Part shown: in pieces, positions 14,131 to 28,900 of the stretch
How the letters are laid out: every line of letters starts with the position of its first letter
Numbering within the stretch: the stretch's first letter is position 1
Assembly: GCF_009834535.1 (NCBI RefSeq)
Contig: NC_045696.1
Span: 12,774,001-12,838,000, forward strand
Origin: Camelus ferus
Taxonomy: Eukaryota
Direction of reading: 5' to 3'
DNA length: 64,000 nt
Program-made: the position numbers and the translations under genes
Notes under the pieces: generated by a model
Database searches by the model: none
What the model saw: only the letters and a program-made list of their open reading frames with translations
Told to the model about the DNA's origin: nothing

Positions 14131-16799
14131 CACAATGTGTCACCTAACCAATTCAGTGCTCCTAGGGTAGGACAGCTCTATTCAAAACTTGAAAGCCGTG
14201 TTTAAGTCCTGCTGACAGTGTTTCACAAACGCTTGCATTTTTAATGGAACCCAACAGTCATGGGAAAACTAGGAGGGCAGAGAGGGAAGAGAACTGGGTT
14301 AATTTGAGAGCCGGCAAGACCAGCTTTGATTTAAATTTTGTGTGGAGTCCTATAAAGAGTAATTTGGTTAATAAGGTAATGTTCATCTGGAGTCTCCTGA
14401 AAAATTCAGTAGATTTGTTGATGTTTTATAGCTGATGGTCCTCACAGTACTCTCTTATCACGACTCATTAGATGTCCTTTATAGTTGTCAAAAATTTATT
14501 GGAGCTTTTTGCACATCATTGAAGCAACCCCCTCCCCTGCTGTCCTCTGCCTGCAGCAATTACAGTTCGTCTTTCAAGTTTTCCTTTGGAGTCTGGGCTG
14601 CTGCAGTCCTCAAACCAGATTTGCTAGTGCTGTCTTCACTACTGCAGATTTCTTCATTATTAACCCTTTTCTTTTTCACCGGAACTTGTGTGCTTCATTC
14701 TTATGTACCTACCTTTGCACCTTGTAATCATCCTTTATGCTTCAGGTACTATTCTCTTTTTCTATTTCAATGCAACTATTTATTTCTTGGTCTCCTATAT
14801 ACTAACATTATGCTAGATGCTGTAGGCAATTCAGATGTAATGCCTAAAACCATTTCTTTCTTCTAGAACTTTAGATTCTAGTCTAGATAGAGAAATAACA
14901 TGTATCCAGGTTAAAAAGTTAAAAAGCAGTCCGTTAATCTATCTGATTAGGGTGCAAGAATAGTGTACACTACAAACGCTGGGAAAGTTCAGTTGAGAGG
15001 TTCATTTAGAGTAGAATGGTTGTCCGAGGCTCCATTGAAATGAAAATCTTGGAGGATTGGGAAGTTTTGGATAGATGGAAAGAGAGAACTCCCAGCTAGA
15101 GATCAAAGGCACAGAGGTGAGGAAGGCAAGATGTTTCGGAGTAGAGGATACCGAAGAGACTGGCTTGATTCTGTCTTGTAACCGAAAGATCTGCGTTTTA
15201 GTTTCACCTCTGCCACCATGTGATCTTTCATCATTTTGTTTCTGAGTTTCCTTCTTGAGCAAAATACTCCAGTTAAAGGGTTTTGTGAAAATCAGATGGG
15301 GTAATGTTTTGAAAGGGCTTTGAAGACCGGAAGGATCATATAATTACTTAAACTTTAGTGGTTCTTTGTTGAGAAGTAATGAAAGTCAGGATTACTAGAG
15401 CACTGGGGATAATTTCTAAGGGACCATGAGTGCACAGCACAGGAGGGTGGGCTGATAAACAGTTAAATCCTTTGAATCAAGAGAGTGATGTGATGAAAAT
15501 GGCGTTATTGGAAGGCATGTCTGGTATTGGAATGCAGCACAGATTAGAGGGAGTTGGATGGAGGCAAGAACTTGGGTGTAGTTCTTTTCCCCTAAAATCT
15601 GCAATTCTAGATAAGGTAAGTTATGTTAAATATTATTTTAGGGTGAGAAAAGTACATAAAATATACCCTCACTTTATATATGCCCATATAGTTCTGTTAT
15701 TTTGTTAGAAGTTCATTCATTTATTTTATAAATGTGGAAACTTGTTACATTTTATATTATCTTTGGAAAGGTCATCAGTTATTTGCTTTGGCACTCATTT
15801 TTCATACCAACCTTTTGGAATTACCTCTAATTACATTAACCCAGTAGGAGCTAAAGGAGGAATAGTTCTAAGACTCTAAGCCAGGGCAGGATCACAGTTA
15901 ATTGGGAAGTGTTTAAAAAACATGTCCCAGATCCTACTTTCCACTTATGCAATCAGAATTTTAATAAGCATCTCAGGTAAAATAATTATTATACTCATTT
16001 AAATGATTCTGACACTAAGTTATTCTAATGTATGTAAAATAGAACTTACAAAATCATTATTAAAGTTAGGTAGATCTGTATGTACTTCAGTATTTTTCAT
16101 GTTTTCTAATATTGAATTGTTGACTAAAGAGATGAAGATTTGGTAGGCAGCTAGATTTGTCATAGTCTTCTAAACTGATTTAGGCAAATGTAATAATGTA
16201 AATGGATGAGAATGCAGATATAATCAGTTTTCAGCTAATATCCTTAGGAAATCCTGGTGTGGAAAATGCAGAGCAGTGAATCACTTTTAATATTTGGCTT
16301 TGAAATTATTTTGTAAATTTTCTTACTCCCTCTGGGAGATTGTTTTCAGACTTATTTTAAGTTTTCTTTGAGAAATTATCAGTCTAATTGCATTGCCTGC
16401 AAGAGCTAGGAAAGATAGCTAGAAGAAAGGGAAATTATCTTAACTTTCAAAGTGCCACCACCATTCCACATCTGTGTAGTGAGAAGTTGAATCCCTTAGT
16501 GTAAAGTACTGAGACTTGAGATCTGTATGAGAAGACGTAGGTTCTTTCCTGACCTATACGTTTATTGAAACCTCTTAAGCTTACTAAGAATCAGCTTTCT
16601 AAGCGATGAAAAACAAAAGTAATACTCTCCTATCCACTTCTGAGTTCTCATTGAAAATAGATGATACATGTAAATGGTCTTTATAATTTATAAAGTACGA
16701 TAGACCCACAGAGTATATGTGATTAGTTATATTACTTTCTCCTACAGAACTGTAAAACATACTTTTTTTTTGTCAAGCTAACTTTATCTTGTTTTCTAG

Positions 16800-16901
16800 A
16801 TTGTTATTTTGTGTCAGTAAGTAATCCATAAAGTGCCAACATGGGAAAGAAACGGACAAAGGGAAAAACTGTTCCAATTGATGATTCTTCTGAATCTTTA
16901 G
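16800..16901 (+). CDS. USP16: USP16 exon 2 (ATG at 16841)
   Basis: ttttctag|ATT...GCCAACATGG Kozak context; [21 protein letters not shown]|gtatat. Confidence 0.93.
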
Positions 16902-19900
16902 GTATATTTCACCAATTAAATCTTTCATGTTTGTATCCCTAAATGGGCATATACTTTAATATGTAAAAATGGGATCAAAGTGTACATTATTGTTCTGTAA
17001 TTTGCATTTTAAATGTTTGTATTGCTATGTCATTTAATAGTTTTTATAACATTTTTAACAGCATGATATTTATTCCATTGATGTAAAAGACCATCGGTGC
17101 ATATTTCATGATTTATTTAGGTAATCCCCTACTATTAAAAACTTAGGTGATTTTTAACTTTTCAGTGTCATGAATGGAGTGATGGTAAACATTTTTGTAG
17201 CTACAACTCTGTGCACGTTCAGTTATCTTTTTGGTAGAGATCTTAGAATTAGAATTGCTGAATTAAATGATATAAATATTTTCAAGGCTTTTTTGGATCT
17301 ATCAAGCAAATTGCCCTTCAGAAATGTTTTACTAATTTACAGGGCTCTTAGCAGCATAACAAAGTGCCCATTTCTCTAAACCTTTATCAACATATGTCAG
17401 TATCATTTGTAAAAATCTTTGTTGATTTTGCTAGTTGAAACAGTATTTTCTTTCTTCAGTCTGTGTTTTTTGGACTACTTACTAGGATTTAGTAGTTTTT
17501 CACATGATCTCATCTGCATTTATATTCGAGTTCATTGGATATAAAGCTAATTGTGCTCCTTGATGAATTTCTAAACCTCCTGGGGACCTGAAAGAACTGA
17601 AGCCCTTTCGAGTGGCTTGCAAAACCCATTATTGACCTGGCCCCAATGGGGTTTTCAGTCTCAGGTCAAGCTGCTGATTTTTACATGTGTGACTGCCGTT
17701 CTGAGCAGACAGTAGGCACTTTTACATTTTACACCTCCATCCCTTTGTTCATGGGATGTGGCCTTTTCAGATTGTTCTTTATACTATGAAGTCATAGTTT
17801 AAAGTGTGAGCTTTGACATCAAAAGACTTGAGTCCAGATTCTGGCATAGCTTCTCAGTAGTTATGTGACCTTGGGCACTAAATCTGTGTTTTCTCATCTG
17901 TCATTAGGATGGTAGCATCTTCCTTCTAGGGTGGTTGTGTGGTTTAAATGAGATAATGTATGCAAACATATAGCACAGTGTTAGTGCTTAATCGATGTGA
18001 GAGGTTTTTCTATCTGTTTATACCTTCCAAGACTGTATAGACATTACCTCCCCTGTGAAACTTGCGTTGACTTTAGCCTTCTCTCCTGAGGCTGCTATAG
18101 CACATTTTAGAGATTCTTGTACATTTTTTTCTTTATTTGCCTCTCCTGCCAGAATGTGAGCTGCTCAAAGGAAGAGCTGTGAGTCAATCACTTTTAGGTT
18201 CACTGGCATGTGCCACAGTGCCGGGCCTGCAGTAGTTGTATTGCTGACTGGATGACGGACCTTCTCTGCAAACCTTTTACAATAAAGAGAATAATAGATC
18301 TGGGAAATAGATTGAAGTGAATTTGGGGTGGTGGTGGCTGTACCTAGGACTTCAAAAAAACAAACTTTCAAATTTATATAAAATCTCTTTCTCACATAGT
18401 CTCATAATCAAATATCAAAAATTTGTAAGTTTTCAGATTACCTAACAATTTGTTTATAGAATAAATTTATTTTTGAAGTTCAAATCAAGTGTAAGTTTTG
18501 AAATGAACTGAAGGAGTTCATATTTTACCTCATATATTCCTTTATTATTTGTTTTGATAGAACCTATATGCAGACACATCAGAAAAGGATTGGAACAAGG
18601 TAATTTGAAAAAGGCTTTAGTGAATGTGGAATGGAATATTTGCCAAGACTGTAAGACGGACAATAAAATAAAAGATAGATCTGAAGAAGAACCGGAAGAA
18701 AATCCTTCAGTTTGGCTGTGTCTTAAATGTGGCCATCAGGTATGCATAGATTTTTATTGATACGGGAGTTTATTAAACTCCTTGAACTTATTTTAGAAGA
18801 CACTACCTAAAAGAACAGTATGGGTGACCAGAATGTCAGCATAGGTCCTGTTTCCTGGGGAGCAGATTCTGAGACTGAGATCTGTGTGTGGATGCTTTAC
18901 TGGGGAGTGTTCTCAGTACCACACCAGGAAAACAGTGTGGGAAGCAGGCTTAGACAGAGGGAGAGCAAAGAGGCAGTGCTGTGAGGCCTCAGCTGATCCC
19001 TCAGTGAACTCTGACCTTCAGAGACATCTTGAATTGAGGCAAGGGGCCCGGCCTTTGCACCTGTGCGTAGACCAGTCATTGGTTGTGGGATCTTCCTGGG
19101 GAGGAGTAATCTTGGGCAAGGCAGCTTCCTTCCACTGAGGATAATTCCTGGGGATGGACAGACCTCGCTGTGAGCTGTCACTGGGCCACATTCCTGGCAG
19201 CTGGAGAAATGAATACCTTAGGGGGGTGGGGTGGAGTGGTATCTGGGTTACAGAACAGTTCACAGGTATTGCCATGGTGCTAAAGGTCAGGGCCTCTTTG
19301 TCAACCTTAGTGGTGGTTAAGTTAAGTTTATATGCTCAGAAACTGGGCTGTTAGGCAGTGGTAACGTTTTATAAAACTATAGTTTAATATAGGATATCAA
19401 CAGCCAGGATATTAACATTGTTACAATTCATCAGTCTTAATCAGAGCTCCCCAGTTTTACTTCTCTTCATTAGTGTGTGGGGATATGTGTGTTGTGCATG
19501 TGCGTATGTGTATGTTAAGTTCTGCTCAGTTTGTTGCCTTTGTAGATTTGTCTGTCCACCACCTCAATCAGGATACTGAGTAGTTCCAGCATCACATGGA
19601 TCCCTTGTGTTGCCTTTTTACAGTCATGCCCACTTCTCTACTGCCATTCCTCCCCCTATCCCCTTGCAACCACTAATCTGTTTTCTAGTTCTAAAATTTT
19701 GTCATTTCAAAAATGTTATGTAAATGGAGTCATGCTGTATACAACATTTTGAGATTGGCTTTTTTCACTTAGCATAATCACCTGAAGGTTCATCCAAGTC
19801 ATGCGTATTAGTAGTTTGTTCTTTTTGATTGCTGAGTAGTATTCCATGGTTTAGGTGTACCACAGTTCAACTGTTCACCTGTTGAAGAACATCTGGGTTT

Positions 19901-22900
19901 ATCCCATTTTTTGGCGATTATGAATAAAGCTGCTATGAACATTTGTATACATGTTTTTGTGTGAACTTAAGATTTCATTTCTCTGGGGAAAATGTCCAAG
20001 AATGCAGTTGCTGGGTAATGTGATAATTAAATGTTTAGTTTTTAAGAAACTCCCAAACTTTTCCAGAGTGGCTGTACGATTTTATATTCCTAACAGTAGT
20101 GTGTGAGTGATACACTTTCTCTGCATCCTTGTCAGCATTTAGTATTGTCATAATTTTTTATTTTAACCATCCCAACAAGTGATATGTCATTGTGGTCAGA
20201 CAGTTAAAAAATTTATATGTTAGCAAAGAACATATTTATTGTTTATTTGTATTTGAAAAGTTTCATTGAATCTGTTAAAAAATATATATGGTGGGCATGA
20301 GTATATTTTGCTATTTCAGATTTTCCACAGTACATTTCCTATTACAAATTTTATTTATTTTGCTAGCTTTTTAATTCTTAAGGGTAAGATGGTGTCAATA
20401 TTCACTGTTAACTTTTGGCCCAGTAGAGTTTTGTTTTGTACTGTTAGCAAGGGATTCTCAACTGTTGTCTTAAGATAACTCATCTCATTTTTAAGTTTCA
20501 AATGATGTTATAATTTTTAAAGTGAACATGAAATTTAAACTCATTTATTTCAGAATTAAAATGTTGAGTAGGATAAATTAAATCAGTAGTTTTGATATCA
20601 TAGTTAAATGATTAACAGCCATTGATCTATGTTTAGTAGTTACAGTTGAAACAGGACCACTTATTGTAGTGTCAGTCACCCAAGGGAGTTGGTGGCCTGG
20701 TTCAGATAGATACACAGTGAAGATATATTTCTTAGCAGTGATTTAATCAGCTGGAGGCAGACAGTCTGGTCATGTTTTTTTTCGAATATGCCTATGCATT
20801 TTGTAGGTGAAGATCTCCCATTTACTCATTCAGTTAATGCTTATTGACCTCCTTCAATTTGCTAGATTTTTTGGTAATAGATTAATTCTATTTTTCATGC
20901 CTTCAGGATTACAGTCCAGGGGAGAGAGGATATCAGCATTAACAGCTTACTATCAGGTAGAAAATAAGGAATGCCACCAGGAGTTTACATCATGTTCTGT
21001 AGAAGTTTGTTTACAGGAAGGATACAGTGTTTTCTCATCTGGGAGGATAAGCATAGGCTTCTGAGAGGAAGTGGCCTTGGAACAAGGTCTTGAAGACTGG
21101 GTGGGATTTGATCAGTGGCAAAATACTTAGGAAGATGTTAAGGAGTCCAAACTAGCCCTAGTGAATGACTGCATTCGCATGGTCTAGTTGGGACTTGAAA
21201 GGACACGGTGGAGAGGAAGAATACTTTTAGTGCATGATTTTCCAAATACTTTCTTCCTTAGGTATCCTCTGTTGCCTATTCATATCTAAGTTTTAACAAA
21301 ATCTGGGCTCTCTAGAGTCTAAAATTTTATTTTCAAAATTCTAAGAATGGCAGAATATCTTGAGCCACTTGTTCATTATAGATTATGAATTCTCTTCTGG
21401 TGAATTTTTGTGGCTTTGAGGTTTATGATTATGATTCTCTAGGGCTGCGGCAGAAATTCTCAGGAGCAGCATGCCTTGAAGCATTATATGACGCCAAGAT
21501 CTGAACCCCATTGTCTGGTTCTTAGTTTGGACAACTGGAGTGTATGGTGAGTTTTAACTCCTGTGCCATTTACTGGAAGTTATTTGAAATATTGGAGAAT
21601 GGAGGTGTTTGAAATGCTTAAGGAGCAAAGAAGTTAAAATTTTTGTAGTATTTGTTTAAATATGATCATTTTCAGAAGACTAGAGAGTGTGATGTTATGA
21701 GAAGCTTTTGCTGAGTGTTGTACAGACACAAAAGTTGTAGCTCATGGAAGACTTAGGAATTTTCATCTTTTTTCTTGTTTGTGATATTACAAAGCATTTG
21801 GTAGATTGTTTTTAGTTTTAACATTAGAACACCAAGCTTAAATTCTAGATAAACAGAATATAGAAAATTTTCGCAGTGGATTTGCATGAAAATAAATATC
21901 AGATTCATATGTATGTTTCCTGTTTCTTAACGTTAAAATAAAATTTTACATCTTTAAAAACCATTTACACAGCACTGTTCGCTGAACATCATTTGTTAAT
22001 TACGATGATATAGCTCCGTATTTTGAAATACGTCTAGAAAAACCTTTGACTTTAATGTTATAAATAGCTGTTTCAGTAGCTGTTTGGAGTTTTTCCACAG
22101 TATTTATATGTAGCCATATATGCTTAGCCATAATTTGGGCTAACCTTATTTAATGGTAAACCAGAATTAATGTGGATATAGTCTTCTTCAAGAAAACATA
22201 AACTTTTTATTTTCAGTTTCTCTAGTAGAATAATTTAAGAGTTACACACTTTGGGTTCCATGAATTAAAATTTGTCCCCTTTTGTGGTTGTCAGTTTGTC
22301 ACTTTTCTTCTCTGGGATCTTTTGGGTCACAGGTGTTACATATGTGATGATGAGGTCCAGTATTGTAATTCAAACCGGTTGGGTCAGGTGGTTGATTATG
22401 TTAGAAAACAAGCCAGTATTACAGCTCCAAAATCAGGTAAAATCATTTGTTTCTTAGTATATACTATAATGTTGATTTGTGTAATCCACTGATGTTTAGA
22501 TTGGTATATGATAGCATTATATATAGCTGAATAATGTTACTTATGGTTGATTTCAAACTATGAAAAGTATTTTTGGTTAGGAAAGTAAAACAGTGAGAAT
22601 ATAGATAATTATAAGGAGTTAGAATTAGAAGGGAATCTGAGAAATAATACAGTCAAAGGTGATGAAAAGTCTGGACTAAGTAGAGGGTAGTAATGTCCTG
22701 GTCCCATACCCTGGCACAGGAGCTGAAGGGAGACCTGCTTATAATGAGTTTACTTGGTTACATTTGTTTGGATGATGTAAAGTGCTTGTACTGCCTTCAG
22801 AAGGCCAGATACTTCTCAGAGTATTTTTCATACGTAATTAAATTAATGGGGTTGGTTTTCATCATCTGGTTTGAGAACTTGTTTAGATTTTTACAGTCAC

Positions 22901-25900
22901 AGAGGTATTGTTTACAGAGCCAGAATTGTTTGTTACTAACTTCAGGATGGGTTTTTGACTCTCACACCTCATTTAGAAATTCATTTCATGTCCACATTCT
23001 TTATTTGATTGCTTTGTACTCTGATTTCACAGGGTAAGATATGCTCATTTGTTAAAAAAAAACTTTTATAAGAAAGGGATTTATACTGAAACATATACTG
23101 TTTGGTTTCATTCATCAAAGTAATGCTTACATCAGTTCTGAATATTCTTTGTTTATTGATTTTTCTCTCGACAGTAATTTACTTCTATTTATAAGAAAAC
23201 ACTTAAAATCAGACAGGTGGCAAATAATGATATTAGGTGAAATTCACAAATTCTAGTCCCAGGTATAACTTTACATTTGGCATGGCTTTGTTACACATTT
23301 TTACAAATCTTTCCTTTTTCTTCTTTTTTTAAAAAGCAGCAAAAGATAATGGTAACATTGAACTTGAAAATAAAAAACTAGAAAAGGAGAGTAAAAATGA
23401 GCAAGAAAGAGAAAAAAAGGAAAACATGGCTAAAGAAAATCCTTCCATGAATTCTACTTCCCAAATAACTGTGAAAGGACTCAGTAATTTGGGAAATACA
23501 TGTTTCTTCAATGCAGTTATGCAGGTGCCAGTGTTAATTTTTTCCCCCTTTAAAAAAAAATCGAGTGTATTTCTTGTATTATTATGTACTTTTGCATGTT
23601 TGTTACTTAAAGTATTGAGTTCCCCCCATCCCCAAAGTGATTTACTTCTATGTCTTTAAAGAAAACTCAAGGGAATGTTTACATGACAGTAAAACACTGC
23701 TGAGCACTGGGGTGCAGTAGAGCTCAAAACAAACATGGCCTCTGCCCTCATAGAACTTTCCCTTGTGTGGCGGGAACACAGGAGAATGGAGTCCAGAAAC
23801 AAATACCTTGTTACAAGTGGTGATAAGTGGTGGTGGTGGTGGGACAGCAGCTTCATATTGGGTGGTTGGGAGAACGCCCTTCTGATGTGACGAATAAGCT
23901 CAGAACTGAAGTATTCATGAGCCAAATAGAGTGGGGAGAAAAGCACATCATTACTTTTTGTTTCCCAAGACAGATATAATAAAAGTTGCAGTGCTGAGAG
24001 AGATTTTCTGTTTTGGTAGAATAGACACTTGAGAACTATAGATGAATTGATTTGCCTTTAAATAATTCCCCCTTTCTTTTCCATCCTACATTCCAGAATT
24101 TGTCACAAACACCAGTGCTTCGAGAACTGCTAAAAGAAGTAAAAATGTCTGGAACAATTGTAAAAATTGAACCACCTGATTTGGCACTAACAGTATGTAC
24201 TTTAAAGTTTTTTTTTATAATCAGTACTTTATCTCTCTGAATATCCACATTTTAAATTATTTTGAGAATTGGTGCTCATGTTCACCTTTTTTGTTTGTTT
24301 TGTTTTACTTTGTTTTAGGCTACCAAGTTAAAGATATCAGGCTAGAAGGAATTATAAGGGGCCTTTACATTTATGTGCTCTGTGTGTGCCGTGTTCTGCT
24401 GTGCTCAAGTGTTTGGCTTCCTTCTTGGGAATGCTGTTGGTATTTGTGAAGCACTAGGCATATCTTATTATTTCTAACATCTTCTAAAGTGACTTAAATG
24501 CTGTGTAGCCAAGTGAATTTTACCTTAACCATTTTTACTATTTACATTTTGCTTTGGCTCTTTCAGTTCTTAGGTAATAAGTTCCTGCTGATCTAAAACT
24601 AAAACAGTAGAACTGAATTCTTTATCAAATAGTCTATGATCAGAAACTCTCCCATCATCTGATGTACATTCTGAACTCCTAATTGGGACAGCTCTGTCAG
24701 GAACGGTGGCAATATTGGTTGACTGTTACATTTTGATAAATGATTCCAAAATTTGACTGAAGAAAGTAATTTTTATTCCCATATTCAGGAACCCTTAGAA
24801 ATAAACCTTGAGCCTCCAGGCCCTCTTACTTTAGCCATGAGCCAGTTTCTTAATGAGATGCAAGAGACCAAAAAGGGAATCGTGACACCTAAAGAACTCT
24901 TTTCTCAGGTCTGTAAAAAGTGAGTATCCACTTTGATTGTGCTTTCAGTGCATCAGTAAGATGCTGAGCAACAGTATGAAAAAATTAATACTAGAGTCAG
25001 TTCATCAGATACAGTAAAACATAGTTTATTTCATTTGGATTTAAAAAATATGTACTTTATGTGAGAATTGAATCTGCCAAGGGTGTTGTTGGACTAAACA
25101 GAAATTCTGAGAAACTAGAACACTCCGAGATTTGGGATATGATCCTAAGATTTTATTAAAAAAAATAGTTTCATATTTTAGTAGACTCACCATATTTTTT
25201 CTTTTTCATTTTTCCTTTTCCCTGTAGAGCTGTGCGATTTAAAGGCTATCAGCAGCAAGACAGCCAGGAGCTGCTTCGCTATTTACTGGATGGAATGAGA
25301 GCAGAAGAACATCAGGTTAGCATATTTTGACCAGTATATTTTATAATCTAATTTTCATTAACTTGTCTGTCATTTGATGTCTTAAGGGTTATTAAAGCAA
25401 TGAAAACTAGTTGTTTGAGGCTAATGTATTAAAAAATATTTTTTTTTTCCTACATCAGCCTTTTCAGCCAGTATATTTTAATTTAGAATGAATGAAGGGA
25501 ATTACAAATGATGCTCCTTTTCACGGTGCTCTGCTTTGCTTGATGTTTACAGCGCTACTGTTCTTTAAGGTTCTTTGTACTGGCCTATACCAGGGGAGCT
25601 ACGAAGTACTGGAACTGTTTCTCCCAGAGCGATTCCCAGTTGCAGTGCACCTCTCCTCATATTCTGAGTGTGATTTAGCACTGCTTTTTGATGCTAGGAA
25701 GTATTTTTATTTCCTAAGACTCAGGGAATATTTGTTGCATTTTAAAATTTTTGTTAATTGCCAGGATGTAAAGTAATTTTTTGAGGATGTGGATATATAA
25801 TTAATAACAGTAATAACATAGTGATAATGATTTATTTTGTTCTGATTTTATGTCAAGCACTGTCCTCAGTATGAATTATCTTACTCAGTCCTCACACCCT

Positions 25901-28900
25901 TTCTAAGGAGTAGATACTGTTACCATTTTCTCACTCCATAGATTCTGAAGTTAGGGTGTAGAGGTTCAGTACCTGGTTCAGAGACTCCCAGGACTGATGG
26001 AGCTGGCTTTGAGCACCTGTCTCAGTAGCTCTCGTTTAACCACTCTGCTTCTAGGATGTGACATTTCAGTGGTCTTTCCAGAGGAGCTGGGCATGCTCTG
26101 AAAAGCTTTGGTTTGAGTAGGTAAAAATCTTGAAATGATGGGACGGTGACTTTGTTCAGGGGTTAGTGATTGTTTTATAGGTATAATTCTTTTTAGCTCC
26201 TTGGTTAATTTTGAAAATGTGATTTTTAGAAATATTAATTTTTATTGAGTAATTTTGGAGAGCTAATTCTTGATCACTTTCTTGACTTGATATTTTCTAA
26301 GGAAATTAACTATAAAATTCAAAATTTAATAGTATATATATCCATTTTATTACTTTTAGAGAGTGAGTAAAGGAATTCTTAAAGCATTTGGTAATTCTAC
26401 TGAAAAATTGGATGAAGAACTAAAAAATAAAGTTAAAGGTAATGTCTGACTTTTTGAACTAAAACACTATAGTTGAATTCCTCTGTTCTTTTGGACAAGA
26501 TTGCTGGCAGATGTATTTCGAATCCACAGTTATTAACATACAGTATCTCTTTATCTCTATTGATTTTAAAAAATTATTCAGTACTCCAAAGATGAATACT
26601 TTAGGAAAAATTTAGCTGTTGGTATATTCTTTTTTATGTAGTATTATGGTGAAAATAGTAAAGATAGCACTAAGATAGCATCACAATTTATTTTTCGAAA
26701 GCTTAAGACTTTATAATTAGCAGTAGTATGGGAATTACACCTGTCTTTGTGAGTCTTCAGTTGGTTTATTAATCATGGAGCCAACTTTATTGTTACGAGG
26801 CATTTAAAGATTTAGGAAAGTCTGAAGATCTATCCAGTAGGACTTTCTGTGATGATGGACTGCTTCCATATCTCTGCTGTACAATACAGGAGCCACATGT
26901 GGCTACAAGCCCTTGAAATGTGACTGGTGCAACTGAGGAGCTAAATTTTTATTTCCATCTAATTTTTATTAATTTAAATTTAAATGGCCACAGTGACTAG
27001 TGACTACTGTGCTGTAATGCACAGTTTAGAATCAACACATAGCAACTCTTTGCCTCCTTGTTGCCCTTGGGGCTGGCCTGGCCATCAGCAGAGAGAATCA
27101 TGCCTGCTCGCACTGTCTGTTATAAAATGTGTTCCTCATAAATGGACACCTGTCATTTGAATAAAGCTTACGGATTTCATGTATTTAGAAAAGTGGGTGA
27201 CTAGGTAGTACAATTATGTCATCTTAAACTAAACATATCAAGGTTATTTCCAGGAACATAGGAAAATAAAAGGATTTTGTCTGAAACATTTTCCTGAGGG
27301 CTGTTCTGGTTTTTGTTTTGGTTTTGGTTTTTGTTTTTGTTTTTGTTTTGATTTTAAATGGAGTTCAGTCTTAAGAGTTCACAAAGCAAGTTACTCCCCA
27401 GTTTGCTGCCAGTGTTAGAATGTTAGAGCTGGAAGTGAGCTAGAGTATCGTCCAGCCTAGCCCAGTCCGCTCATCTTACTCATTGAGGTGCTGATATACT
27501 TACTGACTAGAGATTAGATAAGAACTTTTTTCTTTTTAATAATATATGATTGTGTTAAATTGTGTTATGCTCAGAAATAGAGTATATGCTTCTGAAACAG
27601 AGCAATAGAGCAGCATAAAAATGAAATTACACTAATTATGAATAGAGACAAATAAGTCAATGGCATAGGAAATTAAAAATAAAATTTTAGGGTTAGATAC
27701 ATAAGTGAATAATTTTCACTTATTAATTATATAAGAGTAATTGATATACTTCTTTTCTCCTTATAGATTATGAAAAGAAAAAATCAGTACCAAGTTTTGT
27801 GGACCGAATATTTGGTGGTGAACTAACTAGTACGATCATGTGCGATGAGTGCAGAACTGTAAGTAGATGTAAAACAGACTGGATTTGTTCATTAATATTA
27901 GTACAGTTTATCATTTGTTCCTCTTAAAAACAGAAATGCCTGGTTTCATAAGATATTCTCTTTTGAACTGTCCAAGTAGGCACAGTTTTCTCTTGGACCT
28001 ATGAGTGCTCCTTATATCAGGAAGAAGTTAGTTTAACACTTTATTTCCCCTAACCCAAAGTCCTCAACACTGTAATTTTTCATTGCACTTTCTTAAGCTT
28101 TTATTAAAATAAGACATTAAATTATTAAAATAAAGGCTTAAGAAAGTGTCCTCCCCTCCCCCTTGCCCCATGATCTTAGTACATAATGTTTAAACTGAAT
28201 CTTTTCCTTCCTTTTACTTTTTTTTTTTTTTTTTTGGTTGGTTAAGGTCTCCTTGGTTCATGAATCTTTCCTTGATTTGTCTCTGCCAGTTTTAGATGAT
28301 CAGGTAAGACTACTTATGTTATTTAAGTAGATTTTTTTCTTTCCTGTGTTAGATTTTATGGAGGAGGGTTTGTCACCTTTTCCAAGTTTGTGTGTTACTA
28401 GCCCATGCATTGAAAATTTTTCTTAATGTATTTGAGGTAGAAGAATTTGAAAGATTTGAATAAAGAATGGGATACTTTTTTTTTTAAAGAGTGTGTCTAG
28501 GATTATTTATATATAATACTTTGATTACATATAGGGAAGAATTTTCTTCATATTATAAGTTACTATTTATTTTCATTATTTAAGACTAACCACAAATCCC
28601 TTACAGTCTTAAGTTCATAAATGTTAACAGAGTATCTCAGTTTTAAGCCATATTAATTTAGTTCCAATCAAGTCATAGTAGGAAAAAAGAGAACATATTA
28701 TGAATATTAGATAAATCATTTTTCAACTTCATATGAATTGGGGGTCCCTTTAAATCACTGTTAAACTTGATTAAACTTGATTAAAGCCTTACCTAACTTA
28801 CCCTGCTTTTTCTTTCTTTAAAACTGTCATTGACATTAAAAGAAATAAAAGAATAAAAGGAATACCTGTAGTGGGACATGAAATTCACATATCAACAGAA

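Noticed and set aside
28761..28785. TTAAACTTGA tandem repeat (2.5 units)
   Set aside because: A simple local slippage duplication with no spacers; not an array.
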